A stretch of DNA of 41,544 bases from Parvularia atlantis (lineage: Eukaryota). Where the stretch lies: assembly GCA_943704415.1 (NCBI GenBank), contig CALSCO010000429.1, positions 1 to 41,544 on the forward strand. Reading direction: 5' to 3'. The notes below the pieces were generated by a model. That model saw only the letters and a program-made list of their open reading frames with translations. It did not search any database and was not told the origin of the DNA. This document shows, piece by piece, positions 20,201-31,844 of this stretch. A program made the position numbers and the translations under genes. Position 1 is the first letter of the stretch, and every line of letters begins with the position of its first letter.

Positions 20201-23200
20201 CGCAGGTTCTCGAGGCGGATCGTGTCGCGCACGTCGCCGAAGCGCGTCAGCATCGCACCCATTGTCGCGCTCAGCATCACGTCCTTGGATCCGTCGTCCT
20301 GCGTGCGCGCAAGCGGGTGAGCGGCGCACGCAAGGGCGGCACACAGCGCCGAACCTTGAGCCAGCTGATCGCGAGCACGCCCTGCGGCACCTCGCGCACG
20401 CTGCGCGCGTAGTCGTCGTCATCGCCCTCGTCGTCCTCGTCACTGTCAGACGCCTCCGACTCGTCCGACGAGCTACCGCTGCGGCGCCGCGACGACCGTT
20501 GCTTCTTCTTTGTGGGCTTCGGCCGCGAGGACCGCAGCGGCAGCACCGGGTTGGCCGCGGGCGCGTACGGCGCGACCTGGCCGGCAAACGTCAGCCGCCA
20601 ATAGGGGCGCGCGCACGGCCACAAGCACCATCAGGTGCCGCTCGAGCCGCTCCTGGCACTGCCGCGCAACGTACTTGCTCGACTCGCTCTCGAGGCGCGT
20701 GCGCAGCTCGCTCTCGAGCATCGGCGCGAGGTGGCGGTCGAGCGCAGCCTACGAGCGACGCTCAGCAAAGCGCGGGCATGAGCGCAACAAAAGATGCGGC
20801 CGGCAGACGTGCCTTGACGGCCAGCGTGCGCTCGGCGTTCCACGCCGTCGAGATGTCGCTCGTGCCGCTGCTGGTGACGCACTCGCGCAGCTCGCTGAAG
20901 ATGCTCGCGTTGCTGGACGAGATCGACGTCAGGCTGATCGTCAGCAGGCCGTCGCGCTCGGCCTGCGCTCGCTTCCATCAGGCACCGCCAGCAATTTCGC
21001 GCGCGTGCGCGCTGCACCTTGAGCAGGCGCAGGAAGAACGCGCCCTCAACTTTGCTCACAGGCTTGGACGTGATGTACTTGACGTCCTGGGGTCGGTGGT
21101 CAATTAGGACACGTCGTGCAGCATGCAACAAGGAGGCACGCACCGCGTACTCGTGGAACCGGTCGATCTCCTTGCGCCCCTTGGCCGTCGGCCGCACGGT
21201 CACCGCCGCGGTCAGCCGCAGGCGGTCGCGCAGCCACTTGCGGACTTGCGGGTCGTTGGCGATCTCGACCGTGAGCAGCTCACGGGCGGCTGCGCACAAC
21301 CACGTCAGCGCACCGCGGGTGCCGCGAGCCGGCCCGGCGCGCGCGCACCAATGACGACGTGGCTCGGCTTGCGGAACTTGGTCGTCACGTACGACTCGGC
21401 CAGCACCTCGGGCAGCAACTCCGGGTCCTCCGGGTCGTGGTAGCGGTACCCCTGCTTGAGGCTCTCGCCAAACTGCTGGGCCGTGACACCGAATTTCTGC
21501 AGGCACATTTCAGCGTACGGGCACGCACGCTCGCGCACGCACCTTGGCAAAGGCGACGACGTCGGGCTCCTCGCGCGCGATGCTGTACACCGTGTTCTTC
21601 TTCAGCGTCGCGCGCCCTTTGGCCGCGGCGATGTGAATGGCGTAGTAGTCGCACGCGTCTTTGGTCTCGGCATCCGTCTCGGCGCTCTCGAGCTGCTCCT
21701 CAAAGTACGCGTCGTGCGGCTGGGCATGCGCCGGTTGGGCCATGCCGCGAACTCTGTGAGCTTCGCACGCACCACGGCCTGCGATGCGGTGAGCTCGCTG
21801 TACTCGTTCGCGACCTTGCGCTTGCGCGCGGCGATCATGCGCCACTCGGTGTCGAGCTCAAACACCTTCCACAGCTCGTCTAGCGACAGCACGTCTACAA
21901 ACATGTCGCTGAATCGCAGGTGTCAGCCAGGGCACCGTGCAGCGTGCGCTTTGCGTGCACACCGCCGGTAGTGGTAGATGAACGAGACCTCGTGCAGCTC
22001 GCGGCGCAGCTGCACGAGCACGCTGTTGATTGCTTGCTGCAGGTCAATCTGCGCAAGCGTGCGTCAGCTGCCACACGACGACGCGGCGGGCGCTGAACAC
22101 AGACCTTGTCGGCGCGCTCGCTGAACGGCGCCTGCCGCATAATCCACGCCGCCTCCGTCTCGAGCTGCGCCGTTGTGGGCTTGTCGATGGAGCCGCGCAC
22201 GGCGTAGTGCGGCTGCGCGGCGGCGTCAGCGTACGCAACTGGCGCCGCACTGCTCCCGCACCTGCAGCCGCTCGGGCATGTCGCAGGCCAATACCTCGAG
22301 GTCCTGCTGCGTCTGCATGCGCTCGGCCAGCACGCTCGGCTCGACGAGCTGTGCGCTGCCCTTCAGCACCAGCCGCACACGGGCGCCGCACGACGCACGT
22401 CAGAGAGCAGCGGCGCGGCCTTTGGCGCCGCCTCCTGCGTGAACGCCTGGTCGTCCTCGACGAGGCCAAAGTACTGGTCGCCAAACAGGTCCTGCAGCTC
22501 GCGCAGCGCCGAGTCCTGCTCGACCATGGCCCGCTTGCCAGCCACGGCCGCGCGGATGCGCTCCTGCTCGACGCAGTGCACGTCAGCGGCTGAACCGCGC
22601 GGCGCAAACGAGGCGCACCCGCTGTATCTCCTCTGTCTCCTCGATAAAGTCGTCCTCGTCGCTCTCACGCGCGTCGTCGTCGTCGTCGTCGTCGGCACGG
22701 ACGTCATCGTCGGCCGCAAGCGCGTGCAGGCTCTCGCCACGCTTCTGCAGGCGCGACTGCACGCACGCGGCGGCGGCTGAGCCGTGCTGCCCTCACGCTG
22801 GCGCACACGCACGCAGGCGCACCTTCTTGCTGCTCATCTGACTCTCGCGCACGAGCTCGAGGTCCTCCTCGTCCAGCTCGTCGTCCATCTCTGCGGGCGA
22901 TGGCGTGGTCACACGCGTTTCACATCGCCCGCGTGCATCTCGCGCACCGTCGTCGTCACGGCGCCTGCGCGGCTCGGCGCTCTCGCCCTCGCCCGCGCCC
23001 TCGCCCTCGTCCACGTTGTCGTCGGCCACGATGAAGCGCTTGTCCTCCTCGGTCAGCGCGCCGTCGTCGTCCTCCTCCTCCTCGCTGCTGTCGTCCTCGC
23101 CGGCGCCGCCCGTCTGCCGCCCGCCGCCGCTCAGCACACACAACGGGCGCCGCAGCCCACGGCACGCACCGACACGCGCCGCAGCTTCTTCTTGCGCGCG

Positions 23201-23469
23201 CCGCCCGCGCCGTCCCCGCCGTCCTCCTCGTCCTCGTCCTCGCCGGCCTCGGCCTCCACGAAGCGCGAGCGGCGCTTGTGCCGGCGCCTCTGCGTCACGT
23301 CCTCGTCCTCGTCCCCGTCCCCGTCCGCGTCCTCGTCACGTGCGGCGGCCGGCGGAGAAGACGCGGCTGCCGCTGGCGCAGCGGGCGGAGGAGGCGGAGG
23401 AGGCGAAGAAGCAGCGGCGGGCGGCGCCGCGTCCGTCGACGGCGCCGGCGCCACGCTCTCCGCGTCCAT
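17209..23469 (-). CDS. SPT6: Transcription elongation factor / histone chaperone Spt6; about 30 introns
   Basis: Acidic N-terminus with RSRFVEAEA; DIGLRDMPERLQ; TAKGRKEIDRFHEY; YqgF region DDEVAVLY...EFPDFPPLLHYCISLGR; HhH motif FVPGLGFRRA; LDRTRIHRESY; S1 domain; tandem SH2 (RPSSEGNNFLAVTVK). Confidence 0.96.
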
Positions 23470-23529
23470 GCTGGCGCTCTCGAAGGCTCGAGAAGGCGTC
23501 TAGAATTGTGACAGCCGTTACACGAGAGA

Positions 23530-23538
23530 ATGGACGGC

Positions 23539-23588
<50 letters not shown>

Positions 23589-26500
23589 GATGCGCCTCGC
23601 GGCCGTCGTCGGCACGACCGCCGACCGCGCCACGCTCTGCCGCGCCAGCCCTGCGCCGCACGGCCCGCTCGCGTACGCCGCGGGGGCGGTAGTCGTGCTG
23701 CACGATCTCGCGCACGACAAGCAGCTCGCGTTCCTGCACCACGGGAGCAACAACGCCGTCGCAGCGCTCGCGTTCTCGGCCGACGGCGCATACCTGGCAG
23801 TGGGCGAGGTCGGCCACGACCCGCGCGTGCTCGTGTGGGACACGGCCTCGTTCGCGCTTGTGTGCGAGGTCGCCGGTGCGCACCGCTTCGGCATCGCCTG
23901 CGTCGCCTTCGCCCCGCGCCAGCCCGACCTCATCGTCTCGGTTGGCGTGCCGCACGACGGCGCGCTCATGTTGCACAACTGGCGCACGGGCAAGAAGGTC
24001 GCATCCAACAAGATCTCGAGCAAGGCGCGCGCGGACGACGCTGCGGCTGCTTCTCCGTGTGCTGACCGCAGCGCGCCGCACCGACAGGTCCACGCCGCCG
24101 CGTTCCTTGCCGACGGCCTCACGTTCGTCACGGCGGGCCACCGCCACCTCAAGTACTGGAGCCTGCATGGCATCGACGAGTTCGCGGGCCGGGTGCGCTG
24201 TGCGCACTGGCGCCGTTCTTGCTAACGAGCGCGCACACAGGGCCGTGCGGTCGCGCCGCAGCTCGTCGAGGGCCGCTCAGCCGTGCTCGGTGCGAGCCGC
24301 CGCTCGCCAAGTGGTCCCCTCACACGCTGCCACACGGCGCAGGCGACTACCGCGAGGCGACCTTTGTCGACGTGCTGGCAGACGAGGTCGACAACCGCCT
24401 CTTCGCGTTCACGAGCGCCGGTGTGCTCTGCAGCCTCGGCCCGAACCGCACGATCGAGCGCTGGGTCGGCCTCAAGGTGCCAGCGCACAGCCGTCGAGTG
24501 CAGGGCTGACCACGGCTCGCAGGCGCCGACGTCGTTCTGCCTCACGCGCATCGGCCAATATCTCGCGTGCGGCTGCAACGACGGCGTCGTGCGGTGCGGG
24601 CAGACGTGCTGCAGCGACGTGTGCACTGACGCGCAAGAACGACAGGCTTTTCCGCGCGACGGACTTCAAGTACGTGACGACGCTGCCGCGTGCGCACTCG
24701 CTGCCGCGCGCGGACGACGAGGACGAGAGGTGCGACAGTTCTGCTCTGCGCTGGCCGTGCATGCTCACGCGCGCGCATGACGCAGTACCAAGCGCGTGTG
24801 GCCCGACTGCGTCGCCGTGAGCGGCCAGGGCGCGCACCTCGTGACGTGCCTGTACTCGGACCGGTCGCTGGTGCAGTGGAACATCGCCGGTGTGTGTTGC
24901 TCGTGCGTGTGGTGCGTTGCCGACGCTGTGCAGGGCTGGACGAGGCTGGCGAGGCGACACCCGCGGCGCTGTCGCGCAAGATCGAGCCCCAGCGGGGCCT
25001 GCGGTTCCCGAGCAGCGCCGTGTGGGACCTGGCCGTGCGTGTGCCTGCGTGCGCCTGCGTGCAGCCGCGTCTCGGTCGCCTAACCGCCGCGTGTGCCAGA
25101 TCGTTGAGACCGAGCACGGCCCACGCGTCGTCACGGCCGCGTCGGACGGCTGCCTGCACGTCGCGGACGTGACCGTGTCGACCATGCCGTCGTCGGGCAC
25201 CGCGGCGCGCGTCGTGCCCGTGCAGCCCAACATCGGTGTGCTGCAGCGGCGGCACTCGGGTGCGCACCTGGCTGCACACGACGCTGCTGGCATCGCTCAC
25301 CGCACGTGCACCAGGCATCGTCGACACGGCCGGCAGCATGGTCAGCACGACCGACGCGCGCGGGCTGCGCTGCCTGCGCCAGAGCAAGGTGCGGCTGTCC
25401 CGTTGACCTCGCGAGTGCTGATCGCACGGCAACACAGGACGGCAAACTGGCCGTGACGGGCGACCGCGGTGGCAACCTGATCGTGCTCGACACGGCCGGC
25501 TGGACGCGGCTGGGTGCCGTGGCGGCGCACGACAGCGAGGTCGTCGCGCTGGACGTGTGCGTGGTCAAACCTGGCGGTGCGTGTGCGGGGCACCTCGCAC
25601 CGTGTTTGCTGACTGCGCCTGTGGCCAGAGCGCTGGCTCATCGCGTCCGGCAGCCGCGACCGGCTGATCCACCTGTTCGAGGCGAGCTTTGCAGACGCGT
25701 CGCGCGAGCAGCTCGAGCTGGTGCCGACGCAGACCTTTGACGAGCACACGAGCGCGATCACGGCGTTGTGCTTCGGCGCGCAGGGCACGTCGCTCGCATC
25801 GAGCGGTGCCGACAAGTCGGTCATCTTCCGCACGCGCGCGTCGTCGGCGAGCGGTGCACGGGTGTGTGCGCCGCGGCCGTGGCTGCACTGCGCTTGCTGA
25901 CGGCGCTGTGCAGTTTGTCCTGCAGCACCACCACGCGATGCGCCAGACCGTCTTGGACATGGCAGTGTCTCAGGTGCGCCGCCAGTGGCACTGTGGCGAC
26001 AGAAGCGCTGACGCAGGTGCAGGACGGCGCATCGCTCGTCGTCGTCGGGCAGGACAAGCGCATTGCGCTGTACGACGTGCCGAGCGGCCAGCCCAAGCGC
26101 AGCTTCAAGGTCGACGGCATGGACCAGGCGACGGTCGCCGTCGCGCTCGACTCGAGCGGCACGGTCGCATTCCTCACGACCGCGGGCAAGAACATGCACG
26201 TGGTCGACCTCGCGACCGAGACGCTCCTCGTGGACGGTACGCCTCTCGCCACCAATTGCCGGCACGCCTGCTCACACGTGCGGCAGTGCGCGGGCCCGGT
26301 GAGCTCGTGACGGCCGTGCAGTACATGCCGAAGCGACAGCGGCTTGTTTGCGCGTCGGCGGACGGCTGTGTGTTCCACTGGCAGGTGCCTGAGCCGTTCG
26401 CCCGCACGCCGTGTGCTCACCGCAGCCGCTCGCAGCTGTCGCCGTCGCTGTGCCGCCTCCTGGCCGAGCGCGCGGGCAGCGCTGCGCAGCCGACTGAGAA

Positions 26501-27821
26501 AGAGAACCAGGGTGCGTTTTGCAGCGGTCGCGGCAGTGCATGGTCTCACCCGCGCGAGCCCACGCAGGCACGGTCGTGCTCAGCGCCAACCTGCCGTCGT
26601 GGCTGCGAAACAAGCTCGATGGCAGCGCGCCGTCGCCCGCTCAGCCGTCGCAGCCGCCGTTCGCTTTCCAGCAGGGCCGCTGGGCGGCGCCGCGCGAGCT
26701 GCAGGTGCACTCGGAGGCCAAGGGCGCGAGTGTCGTCGTCAATCTGAGCAAGCCGCTCAACGCCGACCGCCGCCTGACGATCGAGCCGGAGCATAACGGG
26801 GCCGTGGTGCGCACTGCCGCGCTCGGGAAGGGCGAGCTGACGGCTGCGCGCAGGCGAGCGTGTACGACACGTTCTCGCAGCGGCTCGAGGAAGACGAAGA
26901 GGCGTTTGCGCGCGACGCAGCGCTTGCGGTGGGCGATGCGCCCGTGTACGTCTCTGTGCCGCCGACGCCGAGCCGCGCCGAGGCGCTGCCGGTCGACAGC
27001 GACGTCGACGCGCCTGCGTCGCTCACGGCCAAGCTGCTGTCGAGCATGGTCGAGCCGAGCAAGGAGCCGACGGACGAGGACCTGCAGACGGCGCGCCCAA
27101 GCCTGTCGTCGCGCTTCCTGATCGGGTCGCGGTCGGCCAAGGTGCGCGGCCCGCGAAGGTGCTCTCGTCGACGGCTCACACAGGACGGCAGGCCAACCGC
27201 GTGCCGGAGCTGATCTTTGCCGACCGCATGACGACCGAGCCGCCTGCGCCAGCAGTTGCGACAACAACAGCGCCGGCGCCGCTGGCCGGCAAGAAGCGCG
27301 ACCGCTCGGGCAAGAGCATGGCTGAGGAGGTCGAGCGGACGCGCATGCTGCTGGCCAAGATGGGCATGGCGCCCGGTGCTGCTGCTGACCCAGCGGACAA
27401 GCCTCTCGCGACCACGCCCGCCAAGCCCGAGCCCGCGCCCGTGAAGGCCGAAACCACGCCCGCGCCAGTGCGCTCCGCGACGCCCCCCAAGGCCGAGACC
27501 GCGCCTGTTCAGCCAAGCCCCGAGACCGAGCCCGCGCCGCCAAAGCCAACGTCGCTGCTGGACGAGATCGCGGCCACCAAGGGCCGCCTCGAGCAGCTCT
27601 TTGCGCGCCTCGACGCGGCCGAGGTGCGTCTGAGTGCACGCTCACGACGCTCATGTCAAACTCAAAACGGGCAGACCGCGGCCGAGCGCGAGGGCGCGGA
27701 CGAGTTCCGGCGCTGGCTGCACCTGCGCACAGCGCCGGCGCCGTCCTCGGCCGAGCGGCGCCTGCTCGAGACGTACTCGGAGCGGCTGGTGGCGCTGGTC
27801 TCGTCGCGCCTCATAACCTAA
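23530..27821 (+). CDS. WD40 repeat protein, WDR62/MAPKBP1-like; about 20 introns
   Basis: LAYAAGAVVVL, LAFSADGAYLAVGEVGHDPRVLVWD, HRFGIACVAF, VSVGVPHD, FVTAGHRHLKYW, LAVTGDRGGNL, AHDSEV, ASGSRDRLIHLF, SADGCVFHW and C-terminal LLETYSERLVALV match the family pattern. Confidence 0.88.
23538..23586 (+). repeat. (GCA)n trinucleotide repeat (poly-Ala if ATG 23530 is used, otherwise 5' UTR)
   Basis: About 16 GCA units between ATG 23530 and ATG 23590. Confidence 0.9.
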
Positions 27822-27919
27822 TGTGTACATAGAGAGCGGCGTGACACTTGGTGGACGAAGATTGGTAGCGTGACGTGCGGGAGCGACCCAGGCCGATCAG
27901 GCGTTTTGGCGCGCGCGCG

Positions 27920-29657
27920 ATGGACGTGGACGACCCGTCCGACTGGCCCGACCGCGACCTGGCGCAGCTGGAGCAGCTGCTGCGCTGCACCATCTGCCGC
28001 GACTGGTTCGCGACGCCGATGCTGCTGCTGGGCTGCGCGCACACGTGTACGACGATGCATCCTGCTTGCGATGGGCGGGTGGCGCTCACAGATTGCGCGC
28101 GCGCAGTCTGTTCGCTGTGCATCCGCCGCTCGCTCGAGTACGAGCGCACGTGCCCGCAGTGCCGCCAGGTGTGTCGGCGATGCTGTGCGCGTGCGGATCA
28201 AGCCGCTGATGCCGCTCGCACGTCGCAGCCGTCCGAGCCGGCGCAGCTGCGCAACAACCGCCTGGTCGAGAGCATCGTCAACCACTTTGTGGCGATGCGC
28301 CCGGGGCTGCTGCGGCGCGTGCGGGCCGCGCCGGGTGTTGCCGCGCACAAGACGTGTAACGGCGCCGCATCGCCCGCACCCGAACCGCCGGCAACCGCTG
28401 CAATCGCACCAGCAGCCGAGCCGCAGCCGCAGCTGCAGGCCGACAAAGTGCACTGCCCGATCTGCCAGGGCGTGGTCAAGCTCACGGGTATCAACGAGCA
28501 CATCGACAGCGGGTGTCAGCGCCTGCTGCTGCGCACGGCCTGCGAGTCCGCCTTGCCCGCTACTCTCGCGCCTCCACGGTCCGTCGTCGCTCACCCCGCG
28601 TCTGCGCCAGCACGTAACCGTTGCACGCAGCACGTCGCCGGTGCCGCAGCGCAGCCTGAGCGCGGCCGGCGCCGCAAATGGTGTGCAGCCGGCCGAGAAC
28701 GGTGCCGAGAGGCGACGGCCACTCGCCAAGCTGCCCTTCGACATGCTCAAGGACCAGCAGATCCGCAAGCACCTGCGCGACCACAACCTGCGCGCGACGG
28801 GGGACCGCGTGGTGTGTGGCGCGGGGGCGTGCGACGCGCTGCGGTGCTGACCTGCGCGCTCCAGGCGATGGTCTGGCGTCTGAAGGAGTTTGTGCTACGC
28901 TACAACGCGTCGTGCGACAGCGACAACCCGCCGCCCGAGGCGGAGATCGTGCGCTCGATCGACGAGGACGAGAAGCGGCGCGCGCGGCCGCCGTCAGGCT
29001 CAGCGGCAACAGCGGCATCATCAGTGCGCGCACAGCCCCAGCGCGCCAGCAGCAGCAGCAGCGACCCGGCAGACCCCGACGACCCCAACAACGCCTACGG
29101 TGCGCGCTTGTGTGCCGTGTGCGTGCGCGTGCCAGCTCATGTCGCCGCATCACCACAGTGCGCTCGCACAAGGACCAGTTTGAGGCGCTGGTGGCGCAGG
29201 CGCGCGCACGGGCGGCCAAGCGCACGCACGACGAGACCGAGGCGGCACCGGCCGCGCCGTCGCCCGCGCCCCACTCGGCCTGCGCGAGCGCAGACACCGA
29301 CGACGACGCCATCTTTCGCGCGATCGTCCTGCCCGAGCCCGAGCCGGCGCCCGCTGCGTCACCAAGGAAGCGGTCTGTCCCGTGCAGCGCGCGACGCAGG
29401 CGTGCTGACCGCGCGCGCACAGGACGCGCCAGAGTGCTGCTGCCCCGCCGCAGGCACTGCTGGTCGACTCGCCTCCGGGCACGCCGATCCTGCTGCTCGA
29501 GGGCAACGGCGCAGATGACGACGCGTACGTGCCGCCGGCAGCAGCGACGGTGCGAGCACGCGTGTGTGCGTGCGTCGCGTGCTCACGTCGCGTCCAGGGG
29601 TCGCCGAACGCGTCGCCGTCGATCACGCGCCGCCAGACACGACGCCGCGCCGGGTAG
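27920..29657 (+). CDS. RAD18: Postreplication repair E3 ligase Rad18 (RING, UBZ4, SAP); about 9 introns
   Basis: LRCTICRDWF...GCAHT/FCSLCIRRSL...CPQCR; UBZ CPIC...INEHIDSGC; SAP LAKLPFDMLKDQQIRKHL...EFVLRYNASCDS. Confidence 0.92.
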
Positions 29658-29719
29658 TGCGGCTCCCTCTCATTGTGTACGTATCAAGTTTTACACGTGG
29701 CGAGCGGGCGGGCGGCTCG

Positions 29720-31130
29720 TCAGAAGAAGAACTGGCGGTGGTTGTGCGTGATGATGCTCTGGTACGCGCCGCGGTAGACGTCGCAGTGCGCCTCCTGCAG
29801 TCGTGGCCGGCTCGTCTCAGCGTGGGCATAACGGGCGCGGGTGCGCACCGTCACGAGCGCACGCACACGCGGCTCGTCCAGCGCGCCGTCGTTGCTGGCG
29901 CCGCACGTGATCAGCACAGGCACCTGCCGCTGCAGCGCGGCCTGGTACACGAGCAGGTTGCGCTCCTGCAGCCCTCGCCTGCGCGATCGCACGTGTCATG
30001 CCTCGGCGCAGGCGTGCACACAGCGGGCGCCACCCCCGCACCGCGTCAGCTGCAGCTCGCCGCGCACGAGGTGGCTCACGCCGGCCTGGTAGATGATGAG
30101 CTGCGGCATCGCCGAGTCGAGTAGCCGCCCGAGGAACGATTTGAGCAGGTCGAGGTACGCCGCATCGGGCGTGTTTTCCTGCACGGCGCGTACATGTGTC
30201 AGCGCGGTGCGGGCCGTACACGTCGGGGGCGGCCCGCACGCGCCTCGTAGTCGACGTCGTAGTCGCTGTGGTTGCGCGTCGCGTGCGCGTGCGCGGCGTG
30301 CATCGAGAACGTGATCACGCGCTCGTCGTCCTTGAAGATCGACGCCGTGCCCTGCGTGCGCGCGCAATCAGTGCTCGTGCGCCCACCAACGCCCCGGCGC
30401 GGCACACACGTCGCCCTGCTGCATGTCGAGGTCGCAAATGAGCACGCGCTGCACACTGTATTGCTGCACCGCGACGACTGCCGGCCGCACTCAGCCGGAC
30501 GCGCGGCTGCGTCAGGCGGGACGCGCGACGCACCCGCCGCCACAGCCAGGTCGTTGAAAACGCACCCAGGCCCCTCGCAATCGCGCGCGGCGTGGTGGTA
30601 GCCGCCCGTGAGCGTGCCCGCGATCATGTGTTGCCCTGCGAAGCGCATCAGCTGGAGCATCGTGCGCGTCGCACGGTCGCGGCGCACCCTGCTTGATCGA
30701 GTCCAGCGCCTGCAGCGCTGCGCCGACCGCGCGCCGCGACAGCTCGACCTGCTCGTCCGTCGCGGCCTACGTCGGCCGCCCGCCGTGAGCGAGCCGCACG
30801 CGATCGAAAGCGCGCGCGGCGCACGAGGACGCGGTCGACGTAGGCCGCCGAGTGCACCGTCAGCAGCTCGTCGCGCGTGCATCGCCGCGCCGGCTCGAAG
30901 ACAAAGCCGGGGAAGTCGCGCAGCGTCGCGTGGACGCTCCCGAGCACGCCCGCGCCCGGCGCCGCCTCGCCCAGCGCCGACGCCGCATGGAAGAGCGGCT
31001 GTGCGCGGCACCGCCGTCAGACGTGCAATCATGCCTGTGCACGATCACGCGCACGCACCACGCGCTGCGGATGCACGTTGAGCGAGCGCAGCGCCGCCAC
31101 GCCCGCGAGCGACGACAGGCGCCGCCTCAT
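29720..31130 (-). CDS. Histone deacetylase-fold protein (class IV/bacterial-like), apparently catalytically degenerate
   Basis: ELLTVHSAAYV, GGYHHA, CVFNDLAVAA, DLDMQQGDGTASIF, VITFSMH, IIYQAG; ATG 31130 begins MRRRLSSLAGVAALRSL. Confidence 0.85.
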
Positions 31131-31320
31131 CGAGGCCGATGTTGTTGAGGCGCCGGCGCTGTTTTGCGAAGTGTCATTCTTTCGAGCCTCGACACGCCGA
31201 TCGCCGCGCCAACTGATCGTCTCGACCCTGGACCGGTTCGACGAGCTCGACGACGCGCCGCTGACCGAGCGCGACGTGGAGGCGAACCGGACGACCGCTG
31301 CGACGACGACGACGACGACG

Positions 31321-31803
31321 ATGGGCGCGAGCTCGATGCGGTGCGGTGGCCGCGTCGGGCTGCCCGCGATGGGCTGACGGATGTTGAACAGGACGAACGG
31401 CATCGTGCGGCTCGCGCTGATGGCCGTGACGGCCGGCCTGGCCGTGTTCTTTGGCGTGCTGGCCGTGGTCACGTTCAACAAGAGCAACTTCCTCGTGCGA
31501 TGCCGCGTGCCGCCGCCGCCTTCGATGCGCTGACTGCTGCGGCGGCCGCAGGACCCCGACGAGTGGGCGCGCCTGTCGGAGAACCCGTGGCTCGGCCCGA
31601 CCATCATCGACTTCTACTGCCTCGCGTTCGTGTTCCTGTGCTGGGTCTTCTTCCGCGAGACGAGCTGGGTCGCGCGCGTCGCTTGGGCCCTCGGCGTGTG
31701 CCTCCTCGGCTCGCCCGTCGCCAACGTCTACGTCTTCCTGCAGCTGTGGCGGCTGCGCGCGGGCGAGCCGGTCGAAAACGCGTTCCTGCGCAAGAAGTGC
31801 TGA
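31321..31803 (+). CDS. Small multi-pass membrane protein, DUF1475-like; introns 31341-31391 and 31495-31551
   Basis: Spliced product MGASSMRTNGIVRLALMAVTAGLAVFFGVLAVV...NPWLGPTIIDFYCLAFVFLCWVFFRETSW...WALGVCLLGSPVANVYVF; not visible as one ORF in the track. Confidence 0.72.
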
Positions 31804-31844
31804 GCGGCTGCCTCCCCTTTGGTCTGGATGTGCTGCGCCCGGCC

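Noticed and set aside
23476..23506. Heat-shock-element-like array CTCtcGAAggCTCgaGAA between SPT6 and WDR62-like
   Set aside because: Both inverted units are CTC rather than TTC; too degenerate to call.
31381..31383. ATG 31381 as start of the membrane protein
   Set aside because: It lies between the branch motif and acceptor of a canonical intron (31341-31391); ATG 31321 is preferred.
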